This document shows positions 35,232-44,676 of a stretch of DNA of 62,147 nt, piece after piece. The translations under genes were made by a program, and so were the position numbers. The notes under the pieces were generated by a model that ran no database searches, was not told the DNA's origin, and was given only the letters and a program-made list of their open reading frames with translations. Positions within the stretch are counted from its first letter, which is position 1. Each line of letters starts with the position of its first letter. Origin of the DNA: a virus (lineage: Duplodnaviria; Caudoviricetes); the IMG/VR virus record IMGVR_UViG_3300042868_003080, positions 1 to 62,147 of that record; one strand, written 5' to 3'.

Positions 35232-38114
35232 TTGTATATGACAAACTTCGATCTTCTCCAAACTGTCCAACCTGATGACGGCTACTTCGCTATTGTCGGG
35301 ATAAAGGAAGGCAGTTGGACTAAGCAGGAACTGGTTGCCACGCGGGAAGAGGTCGATGCCCTTGCCGAGGAGTATGTGGCCGAAGGCCGTAACGTCTTCT
35401 TCGGTGTTGCTAAGTATACTACGGATGAGAATCGCACTAAGGATAACGTAGCGGGACTAAAGTCTTTCTGGCTCGACATCGACTGCGGTGAAGCCAAAGC
35501 AGAGGTGAACCCGAAGACTGGCCGACCTGATGGGTACATAGATCAGGAAGCAGGGATAGAAGCACTTAAAGCTTTCCTTGCTACCACCGGTCTACCTAAG
35601 CCCATCCTCGTCAACTCAGGACGCGGGATACACGCATACTGGGCGCTGACCGAGAGCATCACCCGTGAAGAGTGGGAGCCAGTAGCAGCACGGCTGCGTG
35701 ACCTGTGCAACATCCATAAGTTCTACATCGACCCGCAGGTCTTCGAAGTGGCGCGCATCCTGCGCATACCCGACACTCTCAACTTCAAGGACAATCCTCC
35801 GAAGCCAGTGACCGTGTGGGCTAAGGCTAAGCCGGTAGACTTCGCGCTGTTCTACAAAACGCTAGGGGTGAAAACGCAAGACTTAACCCCCCTAGAAACT
35901 CCGAAGCGGGAACTATCAGACCTCGCTAAGTCCATGCAAGAAAACGTAACGTCACGCTTCAGCAAAATCATGACGCGCAGCGCAAAGGGCACGGGCTGCC
36001 AGCAGCTGCTCGACTGCTTCGAAACTCGCGATAGCCTGTCGGAAGGCCGGTGGTTCAACGCGCTGTCGGTGGCAAAGTTCTGCATCGACCAAGACACTGC
36101 AATCCATACCCTGTCTGAAGGGCATCCTGACTACGAACCAGGGAAGACGCTGCACAAGATCAAGCACATCTTGGGGCCGCACACCTGCGAAGTGTTCGAA
36201 CGTAATAACCCTGGTGGCTGCGAAGGCTGTCCGCATATGGGCAAGATTAAATCACCAATCATGTTGGGTCGCGAGGTTCAGGCAGCGACTGACGCCGACA
36301 ACGTCATCATAGAAGAACCCGAACTCGAAGGCACATTGCCGACAATCCACGTGATACCTGACTACCCCTTTCCGTTTTTCAGGGGGAAGGCCGGTGGTAT
36401 TTACCGCAAGCCGCCACTAGATAAGAACGGTGAGGAGTCGGAAGAGGGCGACATCTGTGTGCTACCTTACGACATGTACGTCCTGAAGCGCATGCGTGAT
36501 CCGGTGCTGAAAGATGTCGCGGTGATTAAAATCCATAAGCCTAAGGACGGTGTAACCGAACTTACGGTGCCCCTCACACAGGCTGTGGAACCCACGGACT
36601 TACGGAAGTTATTGGCAGGGGAGAGTATCCTCTGCGGTAAGAAGCAGTTTGAGTTCATATCGGAATACATGAGAGCATCAGTGTCGATGCTGTCTGATAA
36701 AGCAAAGGCAGAGCAAATGAGACTACAATTTGGATGGGCTGACAACGACAGCAAGTTTATCGTTGGTGATTCGGAAATCACGGTAGAGGGGGCGTATTAC
36801 AGCCCGCCATCGTCAACCACTTCGGAGATTGCACGGCGCATGGGGCCGGTAGGCTCGTTCGAAAAGTGGCAAGAAGTCTTCAACCTATACGGTACCCCTG
36901 GGCTTGAGCCACATGCGTTCGCTGCGCTTACTGGCTTCGGTGCGCCAATCTTTAAGTTCTTGGGCCAGCGCGGCGCAATGCTTAACGTCATTCACCCTAG
37001 TTCCGGTACAGGTAAGACGACGATCCTGCACATGGCTAACAGCATCTGGGGATCACCTGACGGCCTGTGCTGCGTGAAGGAAGACACGCTGAACGCTAAA
37101 ATCCTGCGGCTCGGTATGTACAACAACCTGCCGTACACCGTTGATGAAATGACCAACATGAACGACAAAGAGTTCTCGGCTCTGGTCTACAACATCACGC
37201 AAGGTCGGGGTAAAGACCGCGTCAAGGCATCGTCGAACGAACTGCGCCACAACGCAACGTCATGGCAAACAATGGCCCTATGCTCATCAAACGCATCCTT
37301 CTACGAGAAGATGGGTGTAGCTAAGAGCAGCCCAGACGGTGAGTTGATGCGCTTGGTCGAGTACAAGATTGACTACACAGATGTGCTCGACCCGTTCGTT
37401 GCCAAGGATATGTTCGACCACCAACTGATGGACAACCACGGCCATGCCGGTCGCATCTACGCAACGTGGCTCGTCAAGAACTACGAAGAAGCCAAGCGTA
37501 TCGCGCTTAACACCCAAGCTAAGCTGGATCGGGAACTGCAACTGCTGCCACGCGAGCGCTTCTGGTCAGCGGTATTGGCTGCTAACTTGGCAGGCGGCAT
37601 CATCGCCAAAGACATTGGGCTAATTAACTGGGACATGGCGCGCATCTACGACTGGGCTTGCGGCATGCTGCTTGGCCTTCGTGAAGATGTAGAACCGCCA
37701 CGCAACAACGCTATCGAGATAGTCGGTGACTTTATCCGTCGCAACACGCAGAACATCTTGGTGGTTAACGACGGGGCAGACTTGCGCTCCAACATGCATG
37801 CCGCCCCGCTACTGGAGCCTCGCGGCGAACTGATGATTCGGTGGGAGCCTGACACTAAGAAGATGTTCATTGCCGTAGCTTCGTTCAAAAAGGACTGCGC
37901 AGAAATCCAGGTCAACTATAAGGAGACCCTGCGGCAGCTTAAGGAACAGGGCGTGATGAAGGAAAAAGGCAAAGTGCTCAAGCGGATTAACAAGGGCATG
38001 AAGCTGGAAGGCCCGCCAATCTACTGCCTTGAGTTCGATACCTCGATACAGGAGTTCTTCAACGTCAGCAGCACCTTGGGTCTTGAGGTCGAAGATGAAG
38101 ATCGAGGGGGTTAG
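35232..38114 (+). CDS. primase (AEP/RepB'-like)-DUF927 helicase fusion
   Basis: WLDID, NSGRGIHAYW, RILRIP.T.N; Cys cluster C...GGCEGCPH; P-loop SGTGKTT and VDE; start may be 35238. Confidence 0.82.
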   Translation: MYMTNFDLLQTVQPDDGYFAIVGIKEGSWTKQELVATREEVDALAEEYVAEGRNVFFGVAKYTTDENRTKDNVAGLKSFWLDIDCGEAKAEVNPKTGRPDGYIDQEAGIEALKAFLATTGLPKPILVNSGRGIHAYWALTESITREEWEPVAARLRDLCNIHKFYIDPQVFEVARILRIPDTLNFKDNPPKPVTVWAKAKPVDFALFYKTLGVKTQDLTPLETPKRELSDLAKSMQENVTSRFSKIMTRSAKGTGCQQLLDCFETRDSLSEGRWFNALSVAKFCIDQDTAIHTLSEGHPDYEPGKTLHKIKHILGPHTCEVFERNNPGGCEGCPHMGKIKSPIMLGREVQAATDADNVIIEEPELEGTLPTIHVIPDYPFPFFRGKAGGIYRKPPLDKNGEESEEGDICVLPYDMYVLKRMRDPVLKDVAVIKIHKPKDGVTELTVPLTQAVEPTDLRKLLAGESILCGKKQFEFISEYMRASVSMLSDKAKAEQMRLQFGWADNDSKFIVGDSEITVEGAYYSPPSSTTSEIARRMGPVGSFEKWQEVFNLYGTPGLEPHAFAALTGFGAPIFKFLGQRGAMLNVIHPSSGTGKTTILHMANSIWGSPDGLCCVKEDTLNAKILRLGMYNNLPYTVDEMTNMNDKEFSALVYNITQGRGKDRVKASSNELRHNATSWQTMALCSSNASFYEKMGVAKSSPDGELMRLVEYKIDYTDVLDPFVAKDMFDHQLMDNHGHAGRIYATWLVKNYEEAKRIALNTQAKLDRELQLLPRERFWSAVLAANLAGGIIAKDIGLINWDMARIYDWACGMLLGLREDVEPPRNNAIEIVGDFIRRNTQNILVVNDGADLRSNMHAAPLLEPRGELMIRWEPDTKKMFIAVASFKKDCAEIQVNYKETLRQLKEQGVMKEKGKVLKRINKGMKLEGPPIYCLEFDTSIQEFFNVSSTLGLEVEDEDRGG

Positions 38115-38289
38115 TTACGACATTAACTGGAAGGCATTCAGGCGAGGCACGTCGATATTTATCCCGTGCCTCGACCCCCCACGTGCCAAAGAAGAAGTCC
38201 GAGCCATACTGCGCAGGATGCGCATCAAGGTGGTTATGAAGCTCGTGATCGAAGAAAATATTAGGGGTTTACGTATTTGGCGGATGTGA
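38095..38289 (+). CDS. small basic conserved protein
   Basis: GAGG SD, start MKIEGV at 38095; W..F..G.SIFIPC...GLRIWR. Confidence 0.65.
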   Translation: MKIEGVSYDINWKAFRRGTSIFIPCLDPPRAKEEVRAILRRMRIKVVMKLVIEENIRGLRIWRM

Positions 38290-38302
38290 TTAATATGGTC
38301 GC

Positions 38303-38375
38303 CGGAAGTTTGCTCCTTCCTTGATGCTTGCATCATCCCCTAACCCTCGGCTGCCCACTCAGCCGAGGGTTTTTT
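38303..38375 (+). ncRNA. putative anti-RBS small RNA (~72 nt)
   Basis: Promoter-like TTTACG-17-TAATAT (38268-38296); hairpins GGAAG-TTTGCTC-CTTCC and TGATG-CTTG-CATCA plus terminator; 38308-38318 is the reverse complement of AAGGAGCAAAC. Confidence 0.6.
38342..38375 (+). terminator. rho-independent terminator ending the plus-strand arm
   Basis: AACCCTCGGCTG-CCCACT-CAGCCGAGGGTT-TTTT. Confidence 0.9.
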
Positions 38376-41300
38376 ATTTTTCCTTCTTCACTTCGCTGTA
38401 GGTCTGGTTGAACGCTTTGTAGACGTCGTTCAGGGCGTCACGCTTATCTTGGACGCTGGCGTAATTGCCTTCACGGTAGTCCTTGTTGATGGTCTGTATC
38501 TCGGACAAAGCTGTATCAAAGGCATCCATAACACGCGTGTCAGCCTGCACAGGGAATGCAGCTTCGTTCTCAGCCCATGCTTCGGGTTCCTCGTCGGATT
38601 TTTTGTATGTACTATGGATCGACTTAAGACGGTCATAGTCTTGGTAGAACTTGTTCATCGGAACGTACTCGCCACCCTTACCGAAGTACGTGCTGACAAG
38701 CGGGATACGTTCTGCAAGTGTCTTATCCGGCTTAGCCTCTCCGGTCAGCAGGTCTAGGGTATCACGCCCAAAACCATAAGCACCTCCGAAAATCTGCTGG
38801 GCAATATACCGGTACTGTTCGGGTTGAGCGCTTCCGGCGGATTCCACCGTGTCGGTGCCCCCAAAGAGGGAGTTCATACCTCGCGCAATGAATTTCCAAA
38901 CTTTACCGGTCTCTTCACGTCCAAGTTCTGACTTTGGCTCAGTGTTGTACTCGCCTTGGGGTGTGTAGATTTGCGATCCGAAAGCATTCCGGTTAGCCAT
39001 TAAATCACGGAGCGGTTGCAGCCCTATGTCGGGGACGAGTAAGTCAACACCAGCGGATAACCCCTCAGTGCCTTCGGCTTTGATAGGGGACGCCAGACTT
39101 ACGAAACCCGTGACGATGTTGGTGGCTGCCTCCATGGGTTCAATGTCCTGCAAGAACATCGCCATAAGCTGGCCACCTACATAGTTGAAATAACCTATAC
39201 CAAAAGCGGTTGGGACGGATGCATAGTCGTTAATGCCGGGGCCATATCGGGCGATTACCCGCGTCTGGGCAGTTACGTTATTGACCTCAAGGATATTCGG
39301 ACGCCCGTCTTCGTCGTCATCACCTGCACCAGGGCCAAAACGGTTGAACAAGTAGAGCAGCATCCCTGCGCCGACCAATTTGGTGAATAGCTTACGTGCA
39401 ATTGTGCTGTATCGCCCTTGAGAGAGTAGTTTACGCGCACCCCCAACAGTCGGGCTAAAGAAGAAACTCCAGTTATCGAGGAGAGAGGCCATTTCGCCCC
39501 GACGGGTCATGTCCAACGTAGAGTCAAGGGCCAGCGCGGCTGCGTCTTCGCGGCTGATATTCACTTCGAGCGCCGCACGATAGGTGGCGAAACGCGCATG
39601 GAGATCGAAAAGCTGAGATGCATGGTCCAACGCACCCGCTACTGCATCCTTAGCTAAGAGTGCGGCAGCAATAGGGTCGGCGCGTTTGGCAGCGGCGTAA
39701 CGCTTGATGGTCTTGGCTGTGTCCTGCGCGTAGCGCTCCGCGTCCATAATCTGCGCATGGCCGACTGCGCCCCCGTCTTCGAGGAACTGGTCGAAGAGCA
39801 GTGCCATTAGCTCGCCTTCGGCTGTGGTCGGGTCCTTACCTTTAAGGTAATTCGAGATGGTGCCCATCCCGCTCCGCACGGCGGCGATATTTCGGAGGGT
39901 CCGCTTAAAGAGTTTGGTACCTTCTGCTGGACCACCCTTAATGCCTTGCGCAGCACGAGCCGTCGCAAGAGCTTCCGAAAAGTCGCGCAACCACGATACC
40001 CCAAAAGTGAAAACGGGGCTGTAGCGGGTCTTCATCGACTTAAGAAAACTCCCGACCTCCGCGATACTGGGAATACGCATATCCATATTACCTGCACGGA
40101 AAGAATACCCTGCATGCATAATCTGATCGAGAAGGCGCGGCGTCATATTACCAAACAGACGGTATAGCGCATTACCCGCTGGGGTTTCGGCGAACTCGAT
40201 GTAATAGGGTTCGCCGTCCTTCTTGACGATCATAAGGCTGGAGTCTTTTTGCGCCGCAATCTGGTTCATATCGACTGGACCAGCGGGGCCGATCTTTGGC
40301 ATTGTCACATGTCCGCCTGGATACGTCTTTTTCTTAGGCGTGTAGACCGTGACAAGGTCCTCGTGACTTTTAGGGTCGCTGAGTATGTTGTTGAGGAAAG
40401 TTTGTTTAACCTTGTTCTGCTCGATACGAGCAATAGCAGACTGCGCATCAGTCATGAGGTTGAAGAGCGGGTTGAACGGTATCGATTTACGGCCCCGAGT
40501 CGTCATCGCTTCGCGAACACGAGTACCATTCTTTTTGGCAATACCGCGTTCTTCGTCGCTATGCGGATTAGGCTCACCATCAACCTGCATATCACCGTCT
40601 AGTGCATAACCCTTAAGCGGTGTGTAGAACGGCTGCGCCTTACGCATGGCCTCCCAAACTTTCTTAGGTAGAAGCCCAGCTTTCACCCGCTGATTACCCA
40701 TATAATCCACAAGTGCATCGTGCAGCTTAGCAACCTCACGTAGTTTGGGGCCAAGCCCTTCAAGTTCAAGTTCGTCTAGCTTTGCCTGAGCCTGAGCATC
40801 CGACATCCCCGAGCCGTTTTCCTCACCGTTGCGTTCGCGGACCAGTGCGTTACGGGCAGGAGCGCTGCGCGCCCAGAGATACATAGCTATATCCGCCGGA
40901 TCGAGACCTAGTTCTACTACCTTGTCTTCAATAGGCTGGAGGTACCAGCGGTTAAGTCGCATCTGACCACCGATTTTACGGGTCTCCAGTAGCTCAAACT
41001 TGCGCGCTACGTCGAGATCGGCAGGTAGTTTGGTAACCCCATAAGCAGCCGATAGTGCACGGGAGTAATCATATGCGGTCTTATATTTGCCTTCGAGCCT
41101 ACGCCGACTCCTGCTCCACATGCTTTTGACACGACGTTCTAGATCGGCAGCGAAGCCGATAGCTTCCGCACGAGGACGGTTAAGCGCCGCAGGGAAGGCA
41201 CCCTCGATAGTGGTAGGATCAGCCTCTAACTGCTCTTCGATTGGGCTGATATCCTCTTCAGGATTATTGATCGTCTGCTTGGTAGCAGTAGGTGCGGGCT

Positions 41301-44300
41301 GTTCGGTTACTGGCGCAGCCGCTTTAGGTGTAGGGGAAGCTACTTTTACGGCATCCGCTTTAGCCATAAACTGCAAGGCGTCATCGGCAAATTTGTTTAG
41401 CGGGCCGTCGGATTTTTTGTTATTGTTAACGTCGGCTACCCACCGAGCCAAGGTTTCAGCAGTTTCTATAGCAGCACTGGGGTCAACGAACTGCGCGCCG
41501 CGCAGCCATATAGTAGCAGCGGCGGTGTTACCACGGTCACCATAAACTTTATCAGTGGTAGGAACCAACACCGATACCTGCGTACCTACAGTGCCGTCTT
41601 TGGCGATAAATTGCTCAACTCGTACATCAGACTGACTACCAGTGGGTCTAGGGCGTCCAGGTATATCGTACTGAATTACATCGTTCGGCACCCATGCAGG
41701 CTTCTCGGCACCCGCAACAGTGGCCTGCGACCCACCATCGTACCAGAAAGCTGACACAGCCATATTTTCATACGGTACCAGTTCAACAGGCGTACCAGCA
41801 GGTGCTTCTTCCGCTACAGGCGCTTCCTGCATTACCGGCGCTTCTTCGACCACTGGCGCTTCTTCGACCACTGGCGCAGCCTCTGCTGTCGGCGCTTCTT
41901 CGATTGCTGGCGCTTCTTCCTGTACAGTTTCCTGTACAACTTCATCGGCTACCGGCACTTCTTCCTGTACAACTTCTTCGATTACCGCTTCAGGCGCAGT
42001 ACCTCGTTCAATGATTTCCGCAGGAAGCCCACCAGGCTCAACAGGAAGCTGGGCAGTAGTTATGGGTTCAGCACTCTCCGCAATCTGTGCCTCAAGTGGT
42101 GCTGCATCTCCCCGCAGCATGCGGGTTTCTTCCACAGTCGGGTCGCCAAGCGCTGGGTTCTCGTCGAGCAACTCAGTAAACCCACGGTATTTATCCGTGA
42201 TGGTCGGATCAGCAAGCACTTGGCCCAGTAATTCCTGACGCCGCTGGGTGTACTCACCTTCAGGACCGAACACCGCATTCGCTGCTTCGAAGCCACCGAT
42301 ACGCTCAATCTCGTGCCGATAAAGCGGTTTATACCCTTTTTTGCGGAGCTTGGCATCGATACTCTCAGCTTTACCGACTACGGCGCGTCTGGCTTCAAGG
42401 GCTTCAATATTTTTGATTGCCCTACGTGCTGCGGGTATATTCTTATTTGGTTGAGCGTCTAACTTAGCCCGTTCGGCTGCAATCTGCGCATCGATAGCTT
42501 CTTGGGCAGCGAGTATCTCTTCCTCTCTCCCAGTAGGTATGCGGTCATCGTACAGCACACTCTCGATAATATTCACGCGGTCAACAAGCTGCTGCCGTTC
42601 AGACGTGTCCTTCTCTTGTCCTGCAGCCGTCTCGGCATCCGATTCCGCCCGCATAGCGTCATACAGTGATGCGACTTCAACGGGTGTAGGAGCGTCAAAA
42701 CCGTTCTGAACCATGAGGGCTTCGAAGGTTTCAACTTTATCGACGGAGTTAGGGTCATTCGCGATGGCGTTAAGAGTCGCCGCACGCTGCTCACGCATTG
42801 CACGCATCGTGTCAATCTGACTTTGGATTGCTTCGTCAGAGAGTGGCGCGGAGGTTTCAGTGCTTGTCGGTTGGTCTACATCAGGAGCAGTGCCCTCCAG
42901 AGCAGCCCCTTCAGGAGGTGCGGTGACGAGACCCACATACTCGTTGTTGAGCTTCACTGCCTCGTCGAGCACAAGCATGCGGGCAATTTTAGCATCTTCT
43001 GAAAGACGCGCCCTGCGTAGACCGTTTTGCTGCTTCTGGAGGTAGGTTTCCGTCTTCTCGGGGGTACCCAACGCCATGTTGTTATTGAGCGTCGTGGTTA
43101 CACTATTGATGTAGGACTGCATATCGCTGTCAGGTTCAGCGTTCCCAAGGGCACCAACAAGCCGCTGCGTAAGTGCGGGGGCAGAAAGAGTATCAGGGAT
43201 AGGTACAGCACGAATGCCCTCGGTCGGGGCACGCATGCGATATAGTTCTTTGAGTGATGTCTGATAGACGGTGCCGTCAGCGCGACGGGCGAGCACATCA
43301 CCATTTTCATCAGGCTCGGATATCCGCTGCACCTTCTGCCGCGTGAGTTGCGACGGGTCTTCATAGCTTCCGACGTTGACGTCAAACTCTTCAATGGGTA
43401 CGTTTGCCGCCGCTGTCTGTTCGAAAGCTTTTTTACGGTTATCCGCAGCGCGTTTACCAAGAACATTCGTAAGCTCGACACCACCGCGCAGACCACCACC
43501 GACGATTGCGCCGTACATTGCTTCTTCACCGACCCCTTCGGTTACATCTTTTTCGGGGTTGTACGTCGTCTGCTCGACAACATTTTGCGCCAGTTTTGCG
43601 CCGCCTTCCTGCGCACCTTCTTCAAAGGCGGCGACACCCACACGGCCCCGCGCAGTTTTCTGGATGTCGGCTACGAGCGCACGTGCTTCCGCTGCCGCAG
43701 CTTTTGGGGACATACCACCCACCTGCACGCGCTCCGCGAGGTTTGCGATTTTCGCTGTCATAGACCCACGCAAAGAAGACGGAACACGGGCCATCATAGT
43801 GTCTAGGGTGAGAACTTCTGTAGCACCGATAGCAGCGCCGAGAGACTGTGCGAATGCGCGCACAACAGGATTAACGGTCTTCCCTGTTTCAGCTTCGTAT
43901 TGTTCAACCGCCTGACGCTGTTGTTGCGCACCAGACCCTGCGCCTAATGCAAGTTGTGTCGCTTGTTCTGCCCGTGCGATTGTAGGGACAGCACGTGTAC
44001 CAGCGACAGCCATACCCGCACGAGAAGCACCACGGAGAGCAAACGCAGGTGCGACACTACCCGCTGCTTCAGAGAGCTTACGAAGTTGCCTAGCACCTGC
44101 ACCGAACTTAGCCGCGTCGCTCTCGTCAGGTGCAAGGTAGTTTTGGATTATCTGCTCACCGAATGCTTCAGATGCTTTACCTGGGGATTCAATACCCACC
44201 CCACCCAACAGACTAGGAAGACCTGTGACATACCGGACCGCACCAGCACCAAGCCCTTTGAGTTGATCCATAGCAGCTTGGCCGAAAGACCGTTCAGGCA

Positions 44301-44661
44301 CGAGGGTACCTGTGCGCTTTATATAGTCTAGTTCGGCTTGGCTGTCTTTGACAACCCCACGATACACATCTGTATACCGGTTAAGGTTCTCACGCATACT
44401 CTTGGTTGCGCCAGGTATTTTAGCCATCCCTTCATTGGTAGCAATACTTTTCTGGTTTCTAGCAATGTCGGCGTTAAGGGATTTAATCCGCTTAGCGATT
44501 TCAGCCGACGTCTCTGGGCTAGCTTGCCTGTTGGAGACGGGAGCATTGCCCCGCGAAGAGCCTTGGACAATCCTCTGAAGGTCAGATGCCGTAGACCCTT
44601 TCGGGGCGTCTATTTCGTAGCGCCTGCCGTTATAATCATATGTGTACCGATAGTTTGCCAT
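38374..44661 (-). CDS. giant internal virion / ejection protein (2095 aa; C-terminus possibly LPD38-like)
   Basis: AGGAG SD; last late gene; Gly/Ala membrane-like N-terminal region, acidic EEAP repeat linker, helical C-terminal half. Confidence 0.65.
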   Translation of the reverse strand: MANYRYTYDYNGRRYEIDAPKGSTASDLQRIVQGSSRGNAPVSNRQASPETSAEIAKRIKSLNADIARNQKSIATNEGMAKIPGATKSMRENLNRYTDVYRGVVKDSQAELDYIKRTGTLVPERSFGQAAMDQLKGLGAGAVRYVTGLPSLLGGVGIESPGKASEAFGEQIIQNYLAPDESDAAKFGAGARQLRKLSEAAGSVAPAFALRGASRAGMAVAGTRAVPTIARAEQATQLALGAGSGAQQQRQAVEQYEAETGKTVNPVVRAFAQSLGAAIGATEVLTLDTMMARVPSSLRGSMTAKIANLAERVQVGGMSPKAAAAEARALVADIQKTARGRVGVAAFEEGAQEGGAKLAQNVVEQTTYNPEKDVTEGVGEEAMYGAIVGGGLRGGVELTNVLGKRAADNRKKAFEQTAAANVPIEEFDVNVGSYEDPSQLTRQKVQRISEPDENGDVLARRADGTVYQTSLKELYRMRAPTEGIRAVPIPDTLSAPALTQRLVGALGNAEPDSDMQSYINSVTTTLNNNMALGTPEKTETYLQKQQNGLRRARLSEDAKIARMLVLDEAVKLNNEYVGLVTAPPEGAALEGTAPDVDQPTSTETSAPLSDEAIQSQIDTMRAMREQRAATLNAIANDPNSVDKVETFEALMVQNGFDAPTPVEVASLYDAMRAESDAETAAGQEKDTSERQQLVDRVNIIESVLYDDRIPTGREEEILAAQEAIDAQIAAERAKLDAQPNKNIPAARRAIKNIEALEARRAVVGKAESIDAKLRKKGYKPLYRHEIERIGGFEAANAVFGPEGEYTQRRQELLGQVLADPTITDKYRGFTELLDENPALGDPTVEETRMLRGDAAPLEAQIAESAEPITTAQLPVEPGGLPAEIIERGTAPEAVIEEVVQEEVPVADEVVQETVQEEAPAIEEAPTAEAAPVVEEAPVVEEAPVMQEAPVAEEAPAGTPVELVPYENMAVSAFWYDGGSQATVAGAEKPAWVPNDVIQYDIPGRPRPTGSQSDVRVEQFIAKDGTVGTQVSVLVPTTDKVYGDRGNTAAATIWLRGAQFVDPSAAIETAETLARWVADVNNNKKSDGPLNKFADDALQFMAKADAVKVASPTPKAAAPVTEQPAPTATKQTINNPEEDISPIEEQLEADPTTIEGAFPAALNRPRAEAIGFAADLERRVKSMWSRSRRRLEGKYKTAYDYSRALSAAYGVTKLPADLDVARKFELLETRKIGGQMRLNRWYLQPIEDKVVELGLDPADIAMYLWARSAPARNALVRERNGEENGSGMSDAQAQAKLDELELEGLGPKLREVAKLHDALVDYMGNQRVKAGLLPKKVWEAMRKAQPFYTPLKGYALDGDMQVDGEPNPHSDEERGIAKKNGTRVREAMTTRGRKSIPFNPLFNLMTDAQSAIARIEQNKVKQTFLNNILSDPKSHEDLVTVYTPKKKTYPGGHVTMPKIGPAGPVDMNQIAAQKDSSLMIVKKDGEPYYIEFAETPAGNALYRLFGNMTPRLLDQIMHAGYSFRAGNMDMRIPSIAEVGSFLKSMKTRYSPVFTFGVSWLRDFSEALATARAAQGIKGGPAEGTKLFKRTLRNIAAVRSGMGTISNYLKGKDPTTAEGELMALLFDQFLEDGGAVGHAQIMDAERYAQDTAKTIKRYAAAKRADPIAAALLAKDAVAGALDHASQLFDLHARFATYRAALEVNISREDAAALALDSTLDMTRRGEMASLLDNWSFFFSPTVGGARKLLSQGRYSTIARKLFTKLVGAGMLLYLFNRFGPGAGDDDEDGRPNILEVNNVTAQTRVIARYGPGINDYASVPTAFGIGYFNYVGGQLMAMFLQDIEPMEAATNIVTGFVSLASPIKAEGTEGLSAGVDLLVPDIGLQPLRDLMANRNAFGSQIYTPQGEYNTEPKSELGREETGKVWKFIARGMNSLFGGTDTVESAGSAQPEQYRYIAQQIFGGAYGFGRDTLDLLTGEAKPDKTLAERIPLVSTYFGKGGEYVPMNKFYQDYDRLKSIHSTYKKSDEEPEAWAENEAAFPVQADTRVMDAFDTALSEIQTINKDYREGNYASVQDKRDALNDVYKAFNQTYSEVKKEK
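41801..41997 (-). repeat. degenerate 18-bp coding repeats (V/A-x-EEAP)
   Basis: PVVEEAPVVEEAPVMQEAPVAEEAP in the giant protein. Confidence 0.8.
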
Positions 44662-44676
44662 GCGGCACTCCTATCA

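Noticed and set aside
38115-38336. Minus-strand ORF overlapping the putative sRNA
   Set aside because: Antisense to the better-supported 38095-38289 gene, with no recognisable product
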